64,000 bases of DNA from Opitutaceae bacterium (lineage in GTDB: Bacteria > Verrucomicrobiota > Verrucomicrobiia > Opitutales > Coraliomargaritaceae), in NCBI GenBank assembly GCA_051252375.1, contig JBPOFY010000001.1, forward strand, positions 256,001-320,000, in the 5' to 3' direction. The notes beneath the pieces are model-generated. The model searched no databases. It was not told the origin of the DNA and saw nothing but the letters and a program-made list of their open reading frames with translations. This document shows positions 30,778 to 40,819 of this stretch, piece after piece; position 1 is the stretch's first letter; each line of letters starts with the position of its first letter. Made by a program: the position numbers and the translations under genes.

Positions 30778-31614
30778 TTACCTGAATATAGCCTTCTTGA
30801 AGTGAGGTTTCCGATCTGAATACTCTGGCAACGATTGATAATCCCCGTAACTCGAAGTCAAAACGGCTTCACTGCACGCCGGCCCTTTGAAGTGAACACC
30901 CTCAAACATAAAGTTCTTCAACGGCAATATCTCATCTACCAAAAAAGGCCGACGAAGCGTGACCATGAAAGCAAAAACATTGGTGGTATCATCATCCTCC
31001 GATCGACTCTCCAACAATTGTGCCCGATCGCCCTCCAAGGATTTAACTTCCTTATCGTGCGTCGGTTGATCGATCAGTCCCGATTCAAGCTTGCGCTTAA
31101 AGAACTCAATCGCCTCTTCGATCTTATAAATGGGAACAAAATTACGGGGCATCTTTTTCATCCGATAAAGATCAAGCCCTAAACATGGATAACCGAGACG
31201 AGAGTTATCAGGGTGGTAGAGGCCGGCATCAACCACTTCAGTCTTAGTGTCTCTGATTGAACACCATGCTTTAAAATACAACGGATCATTTCTTCTGCTA
31301 TGAACAACAAGTTCTTCAGGCAACTCACACTCAAGGACTTCCATGGCTCTGTCATAGCTTTCATCGAAAAGAAAGAGATCAAAGTCATCATCCCATGGCA
31401 CGAACCCCTCATGCCGAACTGCACCGAGAAGAGTGCCAAACGCCAAAAAATAAGGAATCTCGTTCCGATCCAAAATATCCCTCACCCATATCGCCATCTC
31501 AAGCAATCGGCCTTGAACCCTTTTGATATCTTGTGCAGTGTATTCCTCAGTCGTGGGAAAGTCTATTTCGCTCGATTTTTGCTTTTTCATAAAATTGTGA
31601 AATGGAATCTGCAT
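30778..31614 (-). CDS. licD: LicD family phosphotransferase (copy 1)
   Basis: GTLLGAVRHEGFVPWDDDFD, LDLY, FEG, YGDY..LP. Confidence 0.9.
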   Translation of the reverse strand: MQIPFHNFMKKQKSSEIDFPTTEEYTAQDIKRVQGRLLEMAIWVRDILDRNEIPYFLAFGTLLGAVRHEGFVPWDDDFDLFLFDESYDRAMEVLECELPEELVVHSRRNDPLYFKAWCSIRDTKTEVVDAGLYHPDNSRLGYPCLGLDLYRMKKMPRNFVPIYKIEEAIEFFKRKLESGLIDQPTHDKEVKSLEGDRAQLLESRSEDDDTTNVFAFMVTLRRPFLVDEILPLKNFMFEGVHFKGPACSEAVLTSSYGDYQSLPEYSDRKPHFKKAIFR

Positions 31615-31643
31615 TCCAATCTGATCACTAAACTAGTGTTGTC

Positions 31644-32924
31644 TCAATCAAGTAGTGCCTCTACAGATTCAGGCCCTAATGCAGGAATTCCAACCCTCAT
31701 CGCACTTTCTCTCTCTGAAAATGCATCATCTATTAGTAAACCACCTGTGTCATCTAGAAAGTTCGCCTTAGATTCCCCATTGGTTAAATGAATCACTTCA
31801 CTCAACAAGCCTCGAACCCCAAGCACCTTAAGCTTTAGCCCTAGATCCCCGTCATGGCGAGATATCAAAACAATAGGACAATTTCGATTACGGCATTGAC
31901 CGATCAATTTCAGAATATCGGCGTTTAAAAATTCTCCATCAACTAAGAGACAGTCATCAAAATCGAGATAGAGCGTAGTGAATTTTTGAGAGAGTTTCAC
32001 TTTGTTATAAAACGCCCTGTCATACTCTACTTCATAAGCATTTGGTTGAACGGAAACTTCATACTCGAGTAGATTAAAAATCGAAAGCAATGGCAGGTTC
32101 ACACCACGACATCTCTGTAGCCCCATAGAGCCAGCAATTCGAGGTGCGATTTCAAGCAAGGCCAGTTCTCCATCGACAGCGTGCTTCACTTGGAAAAACC
32201 ACGCGCCATTAAATTCCACAGTTGAGTTTATGGCTTCAGCGAAGCGTTGAAATACCCCCGAATGATCGTCCACGCTTTTCGTATTCACGCTGATACCTTT
32301 GGCAACTCTACGGCGAGATCGAACTCCTACAAATTTCAACTTCCGATTAAAATCCGTAAAACAATCAACGGTATATTCTGCACCTGGAAGATTTTCTAGA
32401 ATCATTAAACTCGAATTGCGGTCTTTGGCTTGAACTACTTCTTCGCATGTCCGAGCCAGCAGAACACCTTGCGAACCGCAACCGACTTCAGGTTTAAGGA
32501 AAAGAGGGAATTCAACGTCAGCGATTTCATCGATGGTATACTGTTTTGGACAACGAACGACTCCGTCCAAGGCATGGTATGTCTTCTTTTTAGAGAGTGC
32601 AATTTCAGTCGACTCCGCACACGAACCCACAACCTTCGCTTTCAAATCTTTTGAATGCTTTGCCAGGATATCGACTACGCTATCCATTGCAGGATAGACG
32701 AATTCGATACCATTCTGAACTAACACTTCATTCAGCTTTTCGATAAAGTCCTCGGCGGTTACAAACGGAAGACCACCCACGTAATTTTCATAACAAAACT
32801 TCCCATGATCATCGACCGAGGATGCTCCATAAAGCTCAACTTCTTTGAGCCCGGCAAGGGATCGTCCAATTTCTAGTCCACACTCAGAACCGCACGGAAA
32901 GACTAATACTTTAATTTTCCTCAT
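31644..32924 (-). CDS. ATP-grasp protein with C-terminal HAD-like domain
   Basis: FPLFLKP..GCGS.G, ENLPGAEYTVD, WFFQVK, LEIAPR; C-terminal LYLDFDDCL and IDD.FSER. Confidence 0.82.
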   Translation of the reverse strand: MRKIKVLVFPCGSECGLEIGRSLAGLKEVELYGASSVDDHGKFCYENYVGGLPFVTAEDFIEKLNEVLVQNGIEFVYPAMDSVVDILAKHSKDLKAKVVGSCAESTEIALSKKKTYHALDGVVRCPKQYTIDEIADVEFPLFLKPEVGCGSQGVLLARTCEEVVQAKDRNSSLMILENLPGAEYTVDCFTDFNRKLKFVGVRSRRRVAKGISVNTKSVDDHSGVFQRFAEAINSTVEFNGAWFFQVKHAVDGELALLEIAPRIAGSMGLQRCRGVNLPLLSIFNLLEYEVSVQPNAYEVEYDRAFYNKVKLSQKFTTLYLDFDDCLLVDGEFLNADILKLIGQCRNRNCPIVLISRHDGDLGLKLKVLGVRGLLSEVIHLTNGESKANFLDDTGGLLIDDAFSERESAMRVGIPALGPESVEALLD

Positions 32925-32932
32925 ACTAATAG

Positions 32933-34030
32933 TTAGTTTATAAATTCTGCAATTTGATCAACCTCTACAACTGAAAGTGACTCTGACAGCGGTAAACAAA
33001 ATATACGTCGCGCAATACTAGTTGAGGTCGGAGTAAGTCCCGCACCTGCAAAAATCGGCACTTCGCCAATCGAGGGATAAAAGTAGCGCCGGGGAAAAAT
33101 ACCTTCCGAATTTAACTGAATGAGTGCATCAAGTAATTCTCCCTCCGATTGCATGATAATAGGATAGTAGGCGTAATTACGACTAGCGCCGTCACGATAG
33201 ACAATAGATGACAACTCACTACTTTCCGCGGATGATTGATGACTGAATAAGACTCGATCATAAGCGTCAGAGATGTCCCTTCGCTTTTCTAGGACATCTT
33301 CGATGTGCTTGAAATTGCAAAGGCCCATTGCGGCATGAAACTCACTCAACTTGGCATTAATTCCTAGCCCGTGAAACTCTTCCTGTCCTTTATGCCCGAA
33401 ACGGCGCATCCACTCGACCTTCTCTGAAACTGCTGGATCTCTAGCGACAACGAAGCCGCCTTCGATCGCATGAAATAGCTTGGTTGCATGTAGGCTAACC
33501 ATGGAGACATCGCCATATTCCAATAGGCTCTTGCCTTTGTAGGTCACACCAAAGGCATGAGCCGCATCGTAGATCATCGCCAAGCCATACTTTGCTGCAA
33601 TCGCATCCAAAGCCTCGACGTCGCAAGGATTCCCGAAGACATGGGTAGCAAGGATCGCCTCTGTCTTCGTAGTGATGGCAGCCTCGACTGCGGCCGGATC
33701 AATAGTCAGAGTGTCCGGCTCGATGTCAGCAAATTTCACTGAACAGCCTTCCCAGAGCGGGCAAGCCGTCGTGGCAACATAAGAAAACGGAGTCGTGATC
33801 ACCTCACCACTCACTCCCAAAGCCTTGAGAGCAATCTGTAAGCCGAGCGAACCATTGGCTACGCAATGCACAGGAACAGCCAGTTGATGATACGCCTGCA
33901 ATTTTTGCTCCAGTTCACATACCAGTGGCCCTTGATTGGTCAGCCAATTGCGATCCCATATACCACGGAGATACTCAACGTATTCCTCAAATGGGGGTAG
34001 ATAGGGTTCTGTGACGTTAATTCGTTTCAC
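32933..34030 (-). CDS. DegT family aminotransferase, VioA-like (dTDP-4-amino-4,6-dideoxyglucose)
   Basis: VT.PYLP, WLTN.GP, YDAAHAFG, HATKLFH.IEGG, GINAK.SEFHAAMG, RRYFYP. Confidence 0.85.
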   Translation of the reverse strand: MKRINVTEPYLPPFEEYVEYLRGIWDRNWLTNQGPLVCELEQKLQAYHQLAVPVHCVANGSLGLQIALKALGVSGEVITTPFSYVATTACPLWEGCSVKFADIEPDTLTIDPAAVEAAITTKTEAILATHVFGNPCDVEALDAIAAKYGLAMIYDAAHAFGVTYKGKSLLEYGDVSMVSLHATKLFHAIEGGFVVARDPAVSEKVEWMRRFGHKGQEEFHGLGINAKLSEFHAAMGLCNFKHIEDVLEKRRDISDAYDRVLFSHQSSAESSELSSIVYRDGASRNYAYYPIIMQSEGELLDALIQLNSEGIFPRRYFYPSIGEVPIFAGAGLTPTSTSIARRIFCLPLSESLSVVEVDQIAEFIN

Positions 34031-34073
34031 GAATTTGAAGAATGATTAACTGATAAGTAAAATCTGGCTAGCA

Positions 34074-34937
34074 CTACGATGCAACGATTCGCTGCAAGTA
34101 GTCTCCATATCCAGATTTAGCATACTTGTTAGCTAGGCTCAGGAGTTGCTCGCGATCGATGAACTTCGAGTAGTAGGCAACTTCTTCAATGCAACCGATT
34201 TTAGTATCTTGGCGCTCCTCAATCACACGAACGAATGTGGAAGCTTCGTTGAGCGAGGCAAAAGTACCGGTATCCAGCCAAGCCACACCGCGATTGAAGA
34301 CGCCTACTTTCAGTTTCTTACGCTCAAGGTAAACTTGGTTGACCGTGGTGATCTCATATTCGCCACGAGCGGATGGCTCGATGGTTTCAGCGATCTCGAC
34401 GACATCGTTGTCGTAGAAGTAGAGACCGGGAACCGCGAAATTCGACTTGGGGTCAACAGGTTTTTCTTCCAGCGAGATGGCATTCTTCTGATTATCGAAC
34501 TCAACGACACCGTAGCGCTCAGGATCATGCACTGGCGCTGCGAAAATCACTGCGCCGTCCGGATCTGTATGGCTCCTCACCAACTCGCCGAAGCCAGAAC
34601 CGTAGAATATATTATCACCGAGGACCAGTGCGACCTTGTCGTTGCCGATGAACTCTTTACCGAGCACAAATGCCTGCGCCAATCCGTTCGGCACTTCCTG
34701 CACGGTATATTCGAATCGACAGCCGAGTTCGGAACCATCGCCAAGCAAGCGTTTAAACGCCGCTTGGTCTTCTGGAGTCGTAATAATGAGAATCTCACGA
34801 ATCCCCGCTAGCATCAGTACTGAGAGCGGATAGTAGATCATCGGCTTGTCGTAAATCGGCATGAGCTGCTTCGATACGGCAAGTGTAATTGGATGGAGGC
34901 GAGAGCCGGCGCCGCCGGCGAGTATAATACCTTTCAT
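34074..34937 (-). CDS. rfbA: Glucose-1-phosphate thymidylyltransferase
   Basis: [51 protein letters not shown]. Confidence 0.97.
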   Translation of the reverse strand: MKGIILAGGAGSRLHPITLAVSKQLMPIYDKPMIYYPLSVLMLAGIREILIITTPEDQAAFKRLLGDGSELGCRFEYTVQEVPNGLAQAFVLGKEFIGNDKVALVLGDNIFYGSGFGELVRSHTDPDGAVIFAAPVHDPERYGVVEFDNQKNAISLEEKPVDPKSNFAVPGLYFYDNDVVEIAETIEPSARGEYEITTVNQVYLERKKLKVGVFNRGVAWLDTGTFASLNEASTFVRVIEERQDTKIGCIEEVAYYSKFIDREQLLSLANKYAKSGYGDYLQRIVAS

Positions 34938-34941
34938 AAAA

Positions 34942-36255
34942 TTAGTCTTGAGGGTTCAAATTCCGCACGTGCTTTATCACATGCTCTACATCCGCGTTGG
35001 TCATCGCAGGGAAAAGCGGTAAACTCAGAGCCTTCTGATAATAGGCCTCAGCGCGAGGGCATTTGCCGACTCCGTAGCCATAGGTTTTTTGATACCAAGG
35101 CTGCAGGTAGACAGGAATATAGAGAACTTGCGTGCCGACACCTTGCTCGCGCAGTTCAGCCATCACCTCGCTTCGAGATTTGCCGAGTGCTTCGAAGTCG
35201 ATTTGGACGGTGTAAAGGTGGTAAGACACGCAGGGAGCAGGGGGCGGAGAGCAGGGGGCAGGACTTTTCTGCTCACTGTTATCTGATGCCTGACCACGGT
35301 CGCCTGAGGCCTGACTCCTGTATCCTGTCGCCTTAGGCGTCTGCATCCATGGTAAATCGGCCAAAGCGTCGTTGTACTGATCAACAATCTCCTGTCTACG
35401 GCGAATAAACTCGGGAAGCTTCTTTAACTGACTACGCCCAAGAGCGCATTGGAAGTCAGTGATGCGATAATTGTAGCCCAGCTCTTGCATCTCGTAAGTC
35501 CACGGCCCGGTAGTATTGAGGGCTGAGACTGGAGACTTGAAAGCTGAGGCTTGAGGGCTGAGGCTTGAGGGCTCTCCAGTAAAGACTGTGAATGCCTCCG
35601 CATCTCGTGTCATACCATGGCCACGTAGGAGTTTGGCGCGCTCGGCAAACTCATCGTTGTCAGTCACGACCATGCCGCCTTCTCCCGTAGTCATGGTTTT
35701 AACTGGGTGGAATGAGAAGGTCGTGATATCCGCCCAAGGGTGGCCGCCGATCTTGTAGAACTTACCTTCATGGACAAAGCCGCCTCCGGGGCCGTGGCAG
35801 CCGTCTTCAATCACAATGGCTCCACGTTTCCTAGCCACTTCTGCAATAGCTGGCATCTCGGAAGGTAAGCCCGCATAAGCAACGGCGACGACGGCTTTAG
35901 TGTCGTCCTGCCAATTTGCTTCAAGTGCTTTTGGGCAGAGGTTATATGTTGCTGGATCAATATCCGCAAAGTCCGGCGTCGCCCCGACAAAGGCGGCACA
36001 GTTTGCCGAAGAGAGAAACGTGTTGGGTGAAGTGACCACTCGATCACTAGTCCCGACCTCTGCAACCAACATCGCCAGATGCAAGGCCGCTGTCGCATTA
36101 CACACAGCCACTGCGTGCTTCGCACCAATCATTTCCGCGAATTCCCGCTCAAAGGCTTCGACTTCCGGACCGGTGGTCAGATAATCCGACTTGAGCGCCG
36201 AAACAACGGCGGCGATGTCATCGTCGGAGATGGATTGTTTTCCGTATGGCAGCAT
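34942..36255 (-). CDS. pseC: UDP-4-amino-4,6-dideoxy-N-acetyl-altrosamine transaminase, carrying two repeat-derived insertions
   Basis: [42 protein letters not shown]; start moved to the ATG at 36255. Confidence 0.9.
   Translation of the reverse strand: MLPYGKQSISDDDIAAVVSALKSDYLTTGPEVEAFEREFAEMIGAKHAVAVCNATAALHLAMLVAEVGTSDRVVTSPNTFLSSANCAAFVGATPDFADIDPATYNLCPKALEANWQDDTKAVVAVAYAGLPSEMPAIAEVARKRGAIVIEDGCHGPGGGFVHEGKFYKIGGHPWADITTFSFHPVKTMTTGEGGMVVTDNDEFAERAKLLRGHGMTRDAEAFTVFTGEPSSLSPQASAFKSPVSALNTTGPWTYEMQELGYNYRITDFQCALGRSQLKKLPEFIRRRQEIVDQYNDALADLPWMQTPKATGYRSQASGDRGQASDNSEQKSPAPCSPPPAPCVSYHLYTVQIDFEALGKSRSEVMAELREQGVGTQVLYIPVYLQPWYQKTYGYGVGKCPRAEAYYQKALSLPLFPAMTNADVEHVIKHVRNLNPQD
35230..35333. 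repeat. Inverted pair of 7-bp periodic tracts inside pseC
   Basis: gcaggga gcagggg gcggaga gcagggg gcaggac, then actgtta tctgatg cctgacc acggtcg cctgagg cctgact cctgtat cctgtcg (CAGG arm versus CCTG arm). Confidence 0.9.
35516..35571. repeat. Eight-unit degenerate heptamer tract inside pseC
   Basis: ttgaggg ctgagac tggagac ttgaaag ctgaggc ttgaggg ctgaggc ttgaggg. Confidence 0.92.
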
Positions 36256-36409
36256 TTTAATAACGACAGCAGATATTGAATAGAAAATAGCGAAAGATTT
36301 TTGCTGTAAATAGCATATGACGATTATCGCACCCTGAGCACTGCCACTCGCAAAATATAGATTATTACTCTTCGAGAGAAATATTTCTCCGTGACTCAAT
36401 TCGAAACTC

Positions 36410-37498
36410 TCAAGTCATCGATTCGAGCAAATTTTCGAGAGGCCCTATCTCAACACAATAGTCATCATCCACCCCGTCCCGTGATTCAAAACAAAGACTC
36501 AGGTAGTGGACTCCAATCATCGTAGCAATATAAGCGTAGCAATTATTAATATAAGACGATGGAAACATTTCTATCAATACAGTCTTGTTCGAACGCGCAG
36601 CAATAATATTCGCTAACGCCGCACCATGGCCGGCAACAATAACATCCGCATTTTGTATGAGCTGGAGTTGTTCCATAATAGTATGCTCCGACATTAGAAC
36701 TGTGGTAAAACCATATTGATCCAAGAGGGTTCGAACAGCATCTTCATTGACCACCCGCCGCTTCCCGGAGTCGGCCCGTGATAAGTAAATTCTCTTAGGG
36801 GACTTCGAGTCTTTGTGCACAACTCCCGCAATCGCGTCTCTCAAGCGCTTCAATAAGACAGGGTGAGGTCGCCCCGAATAAGCCGGCGGATCGAATAATC
36901 CGCAATCAGCCACTCTCACGTTGTCGTAACGTTCGATGGGATACACGATCCCCTCCAGCCCCAGTGCGGCGATCAAGCCCTCGGAATGCTTTGTTCGAAG
37001 TATAATCACATTTGAATGGGCGAATTCACGATGAAGTAAAACGTAGGGCAATGAATCGTAAATGAAATGGTAGTAATTGATATCTGAAGGCTTGAGGCAG
37101 AAATGGCCCCATTCCAGTTCGTTTGATGTTGCGTGAATATATTTGCTCCTATACTTCAGAAACTCTTGGCGACCCGGCTCTTTACCAAAAGATCTTCCGT
37201 AAGACGGGACGAGCTGCCATTTCGAATCGAACACGTAGCCCTCTCCGCTTACATTCAAATTACTGAATCGACTCAAATTTACCGCCGAAAACTGTAAGAG
37301 GTTGTTGCCTTGGCGAATTTCCTGATGCCGTGGATCCACTGTGGTTGTCGGATTTGATTCCTCAAACTTGCAGGTACACGGCTCGATTATCTCATCTACC
37401 TCGCACGGAGAGACCGACGATAGGGTTTGTCGACTGGCAACGTTTGTGAGCGCTCTACTCGTATTGATTAGTAATCGCTTGAGGTGTTTTGAGTTCAT
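36410..37498 (-). CDS. Glycosyltransferase family 61 (DUF563)
   Basis: NYYHF..D.LP, IYLSR....RR.VNE, EQ....A.VIV..HGAALAN, IEMFP. Confidence 0.88.
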   Translation of the reverse strand: MNSKHLKRLLINTSRALTNVASRQTLSSVSPCEVDEIIEPCTCKFEESNPTTTVDPRHQEIRQGNNLLQFSAVNLSRFSNLNVSGEGYVFDSKWQLVPSYGRSFGKEPGRQEFLKYRSKYIHATSNELEWGHFCLKPSDINYYHFIYDSLPYVLLHREFAHSNVIILRTKHSEGLIAALGLEGIVYPIERYDNVRVADCGLFDPPAYSGRPHPVLLKRLRDAIAGVVHKDSKSPKRIYLSRADSGKRRVVNEDAVRTLLDQYGFTTVLMSEHTIMEQLQLIQNADVIVAGHGAALANIIAARSNKTVLIEMFPSSYINNCYAYIATMIGVHYLSLCFESRDGVDDDYCVEIGPLENLLESMT

Positions 37499-37533
37499 TT
37501 CTTTAAGTAACTATTGGTCACAAACTACTTGTT

Positions 37534-38544
37534 TTAAACGGTAAACTCTGAGTTTATGTGTTTACGAATCAATTCCCGGATCTGCTCGACGCTGAGGATA
37601 TCCTCGTTGTCGCCCGAGTTGTAGCGGAAGCCCTTCTCGACAGGGACGGCCCCACGCTCCTTGAGGTATTTTTCTCGATTCTTGAAGCCAGCAGTAGGAA
37701 GGATGACATAGTAATCACCGATCAGGTAGGTGGAAAATGAATCCGAAGCGGTAATCATCTCTTCGTGGATTTTTTCGCCGGGGCGTATGCCGATAATAAG
37801 CTTTTCGCACTCAGGACCGATCGCCTCAGCTAGGTCTGTGATTCGATATGATGGGATTCTTGGGACATACAGTTCCCCACCCTGAGCATGCTCAAGCGCA
37901 TGCATCACCATATCCACGCCTCCTTGGATCGGAATATTAAATCGTGTCATGTCAGGGTCGGTGATTGGCAAGACACCTGTCTCACGACGATTCAAGAAAA
38001 ACGGGATGACGGAACCATTTGAGCCCATGACATTACCGTAGCGCACGACCGAAAACTTCACGTCCTGTTTGCCTACAATATTATTAGCAGCGACGAAAAG
38101 TTTATCTGAAGCCAGTTTGGTCGCGCCATAAAGGTTAATAGGCGCACAAGCTTTATCTGTTGATAGCGCAACGACGCTCTTCACTCCGCATCTGAGTGAC
38201 GCTCGGATCACATTCTCAGCACCATTGATATTCGTCTTCACACATTCATCTGGATTATACTCAGCAATGTGCACGTGCTTCATCGCAGCGGCATGGATCA
38301 CATAATCGACATTAGTGAAGGCACGCTCTAGTCGTTCCAGATCCCGCACATCACCGACAAAGAAGCGTATCATCGGGTATTGGTCCGCCGGATACTCCTG
38401 CGCCATCACGAACTGTTTCTGTTCGTCGCGTGAGTATATAATTAAGCGGCGAACCTCGGGATATTGTGTGAGGATGGTTTGGGTCAGCGCTTTACCAAGC
38501 GAACCTGTGCCACCTGTGATGAGGATATCTTTTCCGTTAAGCAT
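37534..38544 (-). CDS. pseB: UDP-N-acetylglucosamine 4,6-dehydratase (inverting)
   Basis: ITGGTGS.G, SRDE.KQ, HAAAMKHV..AEYNP.E, STDKA..PINLYGATKL, RYGNVMGS.GS, GIRPGEK.HE. Confidence 0.95.
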   Translation of the reverse strand: MLNGKDILITGGTGSLGKALTQTILTQYPEVRRLIIYSRDEQKQFVMAQEYPADQYPMIRFFVGDVRDLERLERAFTNVDYVIHAAAMKHVHIAEYNPDECVKTNINGAENVIRASLRCGVKSVVALSTDKACAPINLYGATKLASDKLFVAANNIVGKQDVKFSVVRYGNVMGSNGSVIPFFLNRRETGVLPITDPDMTRFNIPIQGGVDMVMHALEHAQGGELYVPRIPSYRITDLAEAIGPECEKLIIGIRPGEKIHEEMITASDSFSTYLIGDYYVILPTAGFKNREKYLKERGAVPVEKGFRYNSGDNEDILSVEQIRELIRKHINSEFTV

Positions 38545-38582
38545 AATTGTAATTCGTTGAGGTTTGAAGGGTGTAGAGAAAT

Positions 38583-39512
38583 TTATTTTTCCGATTTAGA
38601 TTTTTGATAGTCGTCGTAGAGATGGTCCGGAAGTGTCCAAGCTCGTTTTCCACGAAGGTCTTGATTTGCCAACATATCAAGCGCAAAGCCTGCGTCGATA
38701 CAGACTGCATGCGTCCCTTTGAACTGTTGAATCATAGGAGCCGACCCAAGACCGCAGGCAAAAATTGCGATATCGGGTTCGATCTCAAGCTTTTCGGGCT
38801 CGATCTTTTCAAGGACAGCGGCATGAGGGCTGACTTCTAGAAAGTTGATATTCGCGGCACCCATCGACTGAAAAGTTGCCGTGAGCCCCTTTCGCCTGTC
38901 CTCGTCGAGCCATGTCACCGCCACAACATTCCGCCCCTTAACAAGCGCCTCGAAGTCAGGCCCAGCCAAGTAGCCATATAAACCAAAAAACGGGAAATAG
39001 TTATCGGCTCCAAAGCGGATGCCATTGGCTTGAAAAAATCGACACATCTTATCGATATTCTCAACGTAGGAATGCCGGTCATTAAAGGCAGGTGCCAGAA
39101 ATCCATGCTGTGAGATGTCACGAGCTGCATCTACCCAGATTTCACGTATTCGCTTAAATTCTTTTGCCGGTAATTTCTCGCGAGATGTGCCGTTACTTGC
39201 ACTACCTCCGTAGTCAATCTTCGGTAAGATACCAAACTCCATAAGGACAGACTTGATAACAAATTTTATTTTCCGTACAAAGCCCTTAGGCATCCAACGC
39301 CCCACGCATAGGATAAATTCGCCATGGCATAGCCGCAGGACCGGAAGATAGGTTTTGGCCTCTACCGCATGCTTCAATGCATCGACCATCATTTGGTAAT
39401 GCGCTTCTCCTGTCGTCTTCTCGAAAACATGGTAAAAGCGATTTGGGAAGTCCTGCTCCTGTTTGGTATAATGAGGGAAGCGTTCTTCGATTAAATGGAG
39501 GTTTTTTTTCAT
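38583..39512 (-). CDS. Hypothetical protein, possible GT-D-fold glycosyltransferase
   Basis: LRLCHGE resembles the GT-D R.GDGE motif; C-terminal DIAIFACG...IDAG resembles the GT-D tail. Confidence 0.5.
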   Translation of the reverse strand: MKKNLHLIEERFPHYTKQEQDFPNRFYHVFEKTTGEAHYQMMVDALKHAVEAKTYLPVLRLCHGEFILCVGRWMPKGFVRKIKFVIKSVLMEFGILPKIDYGGSASNGTSREKLPAKEFKRIREIWVDAARDISQHGFLAPAFNDRHSYVENIDKMCRFFQANGIRFGADNYFPFFGLYGYLAGPDFEALVKGRNVVAVTWLDEDRRKGLTATFQSMGAANINFLEVSPHAAVLEKIEPEKLEIEPDIAIFACGLGSAPMIQQFKGTHAVCIDAGFALDMLANQDLRGKRAWTLPDHLYDDYQKSKSEK

Positions 39513-39517
39513 AAATT

Positions 39518-40792
39518 CTACGATTCGTGGCAGGCCACATCACGGCCAGTAAGATAAAAGACAAAGGCAATTACAAAGATTCCGTATAACGCAGTCACCC
39601 CAACACGTGCGATGGCCACACCTGAAATGCCATAGCCTTGTTTCACTGCATAAACACCGAACACCCAGACCAAACAAATGGCGACACAACCGAATAAATT
39701 CGGCCAGAAGTTTCTTCGCAAAACCGGAATTACGGCACTAGCTCCAGAATAGACCTGGAAAATCGCGCCAACTGCAATAATCTGCGCAGCTTCGATTCCT
39801 GGGGTGTAAGCAGGGAGAAATACGCGCACCAGATGCGGGACAGCCAACCAACCGACCACCGCAATCGGAATGAGCAGGGATAAGTTAAGCCCTAAGCCGA
39901 TCCAGAGATAACGGCGTAAATCACGACTGGAACCTCTCACCCCGTAGGCTCTCGCTATACGCGGGTGCAATAATGTGTTAATTGATTCTGGGAACACCTT
40001 AATCGCATTGAGTACGATTCCAGCAAGTGCGAAATGACCGAGATCCTCTGCCGTCAGAAAGGTGGCAATGATCGTGCGGTCTGCTACCGCTAACCAAGTA
40101 AAGATAATACCGGCAAACATGACCGGCAGTCCGATTTTTGAAAGCTCCAGAACATCCTTGGAAGATGCACCGCCCCGAGCAGACAACGGCGACTTTCGAA
40201 ACAAGGCTAACCAAAGAATCAGATTGTTTCCTGCGACTTTGAGCCCCACACCGAAAACGCCGATGAGTGCCGTAGAAAGCGAGCAAACTAAACTCCAAGC
40301 ATTTTGTAGATGAAGTCCTTTACCCAAGCGATCGAAACAGAACATCCCTCTATAAACCGCGCTATGATGCAACTGCAACGGGTTGAAAACTAGAGTGCCA
40401 AGAAGAAACATCGCTGCTAAAGGATAAAGTCGATTTTCCGCAAAAAAGAAAAACGTCAGAATCGAAATTACTGCAATCACTGCACCGACTCCCGCAAGGC
40501 AAGTAGCCATACGAGCCGAAGCATTGACAAAGTCCTGCGCCCTGGCGTCCTCGCCTTTTGCTCGGTAAAGCGGTAGATTACGACTTAAGCCGCTGAAGAC
40601 ACCTAATTGGAGCATACTAGCATAGGCCGGAATTAACATGACTGCGTGAAAGGTGCCCAGTTCTTCGGGCAGTAAAAATCGAGCCGTGACCAGACCACCA
40701 ACTAAACCAAATACCGGACTCAACCATTTAGAGGAAAGCAGCCATAAATCGCCTCCACGAGCCTCGAGATTACGCTTAACAAAATTACGCAC
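39518..40792 (-). CDS. Second oligosaccharide flippase (Wzx/MATE-like)
   Basis: ARFLLPEELG, G+P, ADR.II..FL...LG.F, 12 TM segments. Confidence 0.85.
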   Translation of the reverse strand: MRNFVKRNLEARGGDLWLLSSKWLSPVFGLVGGLVTARFLLPEELGTFHAVMLIPAYASMLQLGVFSGLSRNLPLYRAKGEDARAQDFVNASARMATCLAGVGAVIAVISILTFFFFAENRLYPLAAMFLLGTLVFNPLQLHHSAVYRGMFCFDRLGKGLHLQNAWSLVCSLSTALIGVFGVGLKVAGNNLILWLALFRKSPLSARGGASSKDVLELSKIGLPVMFAGIIFTWLAVADRTIIATFLTAEDLGHFALAGIVLNAIKVFPESINTLLHPRIARAYGVRGSSRDLRRYLWIGLGLNLSLLIPIAVVGWLAVPHLVRVFLPAYTPGIEAAQIIAVGAIFQVYSGASAVIPVLRRNFWPNLFGCVAICLVWVFGVYAVKQGYGISGVAIARVGVTALYGIFVIAFVFYLTGRDVACHES

Positions 40793-40819
40793 GGATTTTA
40801 AAGTTACAGTTGAGTAGTC

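Noticed and set aside
33200..33255. Possible heptamer insert in the vioA-like gene (SHQSSAESSELSS)
   Set aside because: Only two clear units (gatgatt gatgact); too weak to call
35230..35333. Intein or intron as the explanation for the PseC/RfbB insertions
   Set aside because: Too short, with no intein terminal residues (C/S...HN) or group I/II intron features; the inserts are periodic DNA
36256..36399. N-terminal extension of PseC in the ORF track
   Set aside because: Homology starts at MLPYGKQ; similar spurious extensions were trimmed for kdsA, trxB, smr, tatD and the sugar transferase
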